From: Escherichia coli
GTDB lineage: Bacteria; Pseudomonadota; Gammaproteobacteria; Enterobacterales; Enterobacteriaceae
Strand: one strand, 5' to 3'
Assembly: GCF_003334335.1 (NCBI RefSeq)
Contig: NZ_QOWQ01000123.1
DNA: 1,077 nucleotides
The translations under genes and the position numbers were made by a program. Below, piece by piece: positions 1-1,077 of the stretch (position 1 is the first letter of the stretch; every line of letters begins with the position of its first letter). Below the pieces are notes generated by a model. That model searched no databases and was not told the DNA's origin. It was given only the letters and a program-made list of their open reading frames with translations.

Positions 1-344
1 TATGACCACGCATCGGTACGTAACAGATATCCGCTACCTGTGAAATGAATCCATTCTGATTCACCAACGTCACTGGTCTGATGCGACAGCGAGTACAGCC
101 AGGCGTTATCCTTTTCCGTGATATGTGCGGTACTGCAGCGTATGCCGGCAAGGGTTGCAAACGGTGGTAGTGTGCAGGTTGACTGTTGGTCGGATTCCTC
201 CACCACGCGGAGTGAATAACCGTTTTCAGCGACCTTGTTAATCAGTTCAGTGAGATTAACACCATCGACGTCAACGACAATTCGCCCCATGTTCAGTGCC
301 TGCACATTAATTCTGTCGGCTTCCAGCATCAGGGAAAGTTTCAT
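1..344 (-). CDS. Small protein downstream of the toxin, probable YeeW/DUF5983-like; 3'-partial (runs off the window at position 1)
   Basis: ATG at 344..342 overlaps the toxin TGA (minus-strand ...AAACGATGAAAC...). I translated the frame by hand and it stays open for 114 codons to the window edge: [114 protein letters not shown]... A GGAG Shine-Dalgarno lies 5 nt upstream of the ATG. It is absent from the supplied ORF track, presumably because no stop falls inside the window. The family assignment is from recollection of conserved synteny (cbeA-cbtA-yeeW), not from recognising the sequence itself. Confidence 0.6.
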   Translation of the reverse strand, partial: MKLSLMLEADRINVQALNMGRIVVDVDGVNLTELINKVAENGYSLRVVEESDQQSTCTLPPFATLAGIRCSTAHITEKDNAWLYSLSHQTSDVGESEWIHFTGSGYLLRTDAWS

Positions 345-715
345 CGTTTCTCCGGATGCTTACCCAGGGTAATGTTATTTACCGTTCTGTAATTGTCGCG
401 GGTCATCAGGCCGGTCGCCCGGCGAGCCCGGAGGATATCAATACTGTTTATTAACTGAGAGCGGGGACAAGTGCTGAATCCCGGCTGGTCGGTACGCACC
501 AGCGCGTATTTTTCCACGAGAAAATTCACCGCATCACACAGTGAAATGCCAGCTTCAATATGCTGCTCAATCACACGTTCATCGGCGAACGGTGTGTCAT
601 TCAGTGTAAGGCCGTAATGCTGGCCCAGTAGTCGGGAGAGCAGAGTCTGCCAGATGGTGACGGGAGACGGGCAGCTCGATGCCTCCCGTACGTGTGTATC
701 GGGTAATGTTTTCAT
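341..715 (-). CDS. cbtA: Type IV toxin, CbtA/YeeV (YpjF/YkfI) family, complete 124 aa
   Basis: Complete ORF with ATG at 715..713 and TGA at 343..341. The translation carries the conserved core I recognise from E. coli CbtA paralogs ([57 protein letters not shown]...[34 protein letters not shown]). It sits immediately downstream of a YeeU-family antitoxin on the same strand, which is the canonical gene order. The symbol is family-level; the N-terminus ([26 protein letters not shown]) may be closer to the ypjF-type paralog. Confidence 0.93.
   Translation of the reverse strand: MKTLPDTHVREASSCPSPVTIWQTLLSRLLGQHYGLTLNDTPFADERVIEQHIEAGISLCDAVNFLVEKYALVRTDQPGFSTCPRSQLINSIDILRARRATGLMTRDNYRTVNNITLGKHPEKR
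350..353 (-). promoter_or_regulatory. Shine-Dalgarno (GGAG) for the downstream gene, embedded in the last codons of the toxin
   Basis: Minus-strand GGAGAAACGATG: GGAG followed by a 5-nt spacer and the ATG at 344..342. The position inside the upstream CDS together with the ATGA overlap indicates translational coupling. Confidence 0.5.
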
Positions 716-804
716 ACTGAAGGTTTTCCTGATATGCAGAGATGAAAAATGGAAAAGTGGCGTGGTGAAAGCACCAGGCCGGAGCAGAAGGTTATTCCGG
801 TGGT
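716..804. other. 89-bp antitoxin-toxin intergenic spacer
   Basis: Non-coding on the gene strand between the antitoxin TAA (807..805) and the toxin ATG (715..713). It contains short inverted repeats (ccgga/tccgg at 779..783 and 796..800; tggtg/cacca at 763..767 and 772..776) and an A/T-rich tract at 741..757. Confidence 0.5.
727..730 (-). promoter_or_regulatory. Putative weak Shine-Dalgarno (AGGA) for the toxin
   Basis: Minus-strand CAGGAAAACCTTCAGTATG: AGGA with an ~11-nt spacer to the toxin ATG at 715..713. The spacing is longer than optimal, consistent with modest toxin translation. Confidence 0.35.
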
Positions 805-1077
805 TTACTTTTTCGTTTCGGGCGTCGGATAAACAGCCAGATAAACGTAACCACAGGAGCCGAGGGTGTCAGCTTTGCAGGTCAGACCTTTTGCATACAG
901 CGTGACGGTATGCTGATGGCGGGGATTCAGTTCACCGCTGGTGAGCATGAGTTCCAGTTGTTTCATCAGCAGCGGAAAGGCCTGGTCCAGGTGGTACGCA
1001 TCTGCATCGCTGAACAGGCCTCTGATACCGGCGCGGTCGGCAAGGTAATGCAGGCGGTTACCCTCCTGCACCAGACG
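805..1077 (-). CDS. cbeA: Type IV antitoxin, YeeU/CbeA (YfjZ/YafW) family; 5'-partial, N-terminus lies beyond position 1077
   Basis: The minus-strand frame is open from the window edge (codons [90 protein letters not shown]) to a TAA stop at 807..805. From memory this matches the C-terminal ~90 residues of E. coli YeeU-family antitoxins (~122 aa) almost residue for residue. The 'M' at 1071 in the ORF track is an internal GTG (Val) codon, not the true start. The symbol is family-level; the exact paralog (yeeU/yfjZ/yafW-like) cannot be resolved without alignment. Confidence 0.92.
   Translation of the reverse strand, partial: RLVQEGNRLHYLADRAGIRGLFSDADAYHLDQAFPLLMKQLELMLTSGELNPRHQHTVTLYAKGLTCKADTLGSCGYVYLAVYPTPETKK

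Noticed and set aside
741-761. Imperfect direct repeat gaaaaatgg / aaaagtggc as a possible operator or iteron
   Set aside because: It is too short and degenerate to distinguish from chance. The known autoregulatory promoter of such operons would lie upstream of the antitoxin, outside this window.
763-800. Possible Rho-independent terminator after the antitoxin
   Set aside because: The stems are only 5 bp, GC-poor to moderate, and not followed immediately by a U-tract, so this is not a credible intrinsic terminator. It is kept only as a weak structural note.
654-905. Plus-strand 83-aa ORF spanning the toxin start, the spacer and the antitoxin end
   Set aside because: It is antisense to two confidently identified genes and crosses their intergenic spacer. 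The translation is low-complexity and Arg/Cys-rich with no recognisable domain and no convincing RBS, so it is most likely a chance open frame.
1069-1071. 'M' start of the 88-aa ORF in the supplied track
   Set aside because: The codon is GTG (Val) inside a frame that stays open to the window edge. Family members are ~122 aa, so the real start lies beyond position 1077.
1-1077. CRISPR array, tRNA or rRNA, insertion sequence ends
   Set aside because: No spaced direct repeats, no tRNA-like cloverleaf signatures and no terminal inverted repeats or transposase-like ORFs were seen. The window is fully accounted for by three minus-strand CDSs plus one spacer.

Overview
The window is a slice of a three-gene, minus-strand cassette typical of E. 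coli-type cryptic prophages and integrative islands (CP4-44 / CP4-57 / CP4-6-like). Reading 5'->3' on the minus strand it holds: (i) the C-terminal ~90 codons of a YeeU/CbeA-family type IV antitoxin (805..1077, N-terminus beyond the window edge); (ii) an 89-bp spacer; (iii) a complete 124-aa CbtA/YeeV-family toxin (341..715); and (iv) the 5' part of a downstream gene (1..344) whose ATG overlaps the toxin stop in an ATGA junction, most likely the YeeW/DUF5983-like small protein that usually follows cbtA. Both TA protein calls rest on my recognition of near-identity to the known E. coli paralogs; no database search was possible. I see no RNA genes, CRISPR repeats, or transposon ends. I do not see evidence for a new system here: this is a well-described TA family, and the least understood element is the translationally coupled third gene.
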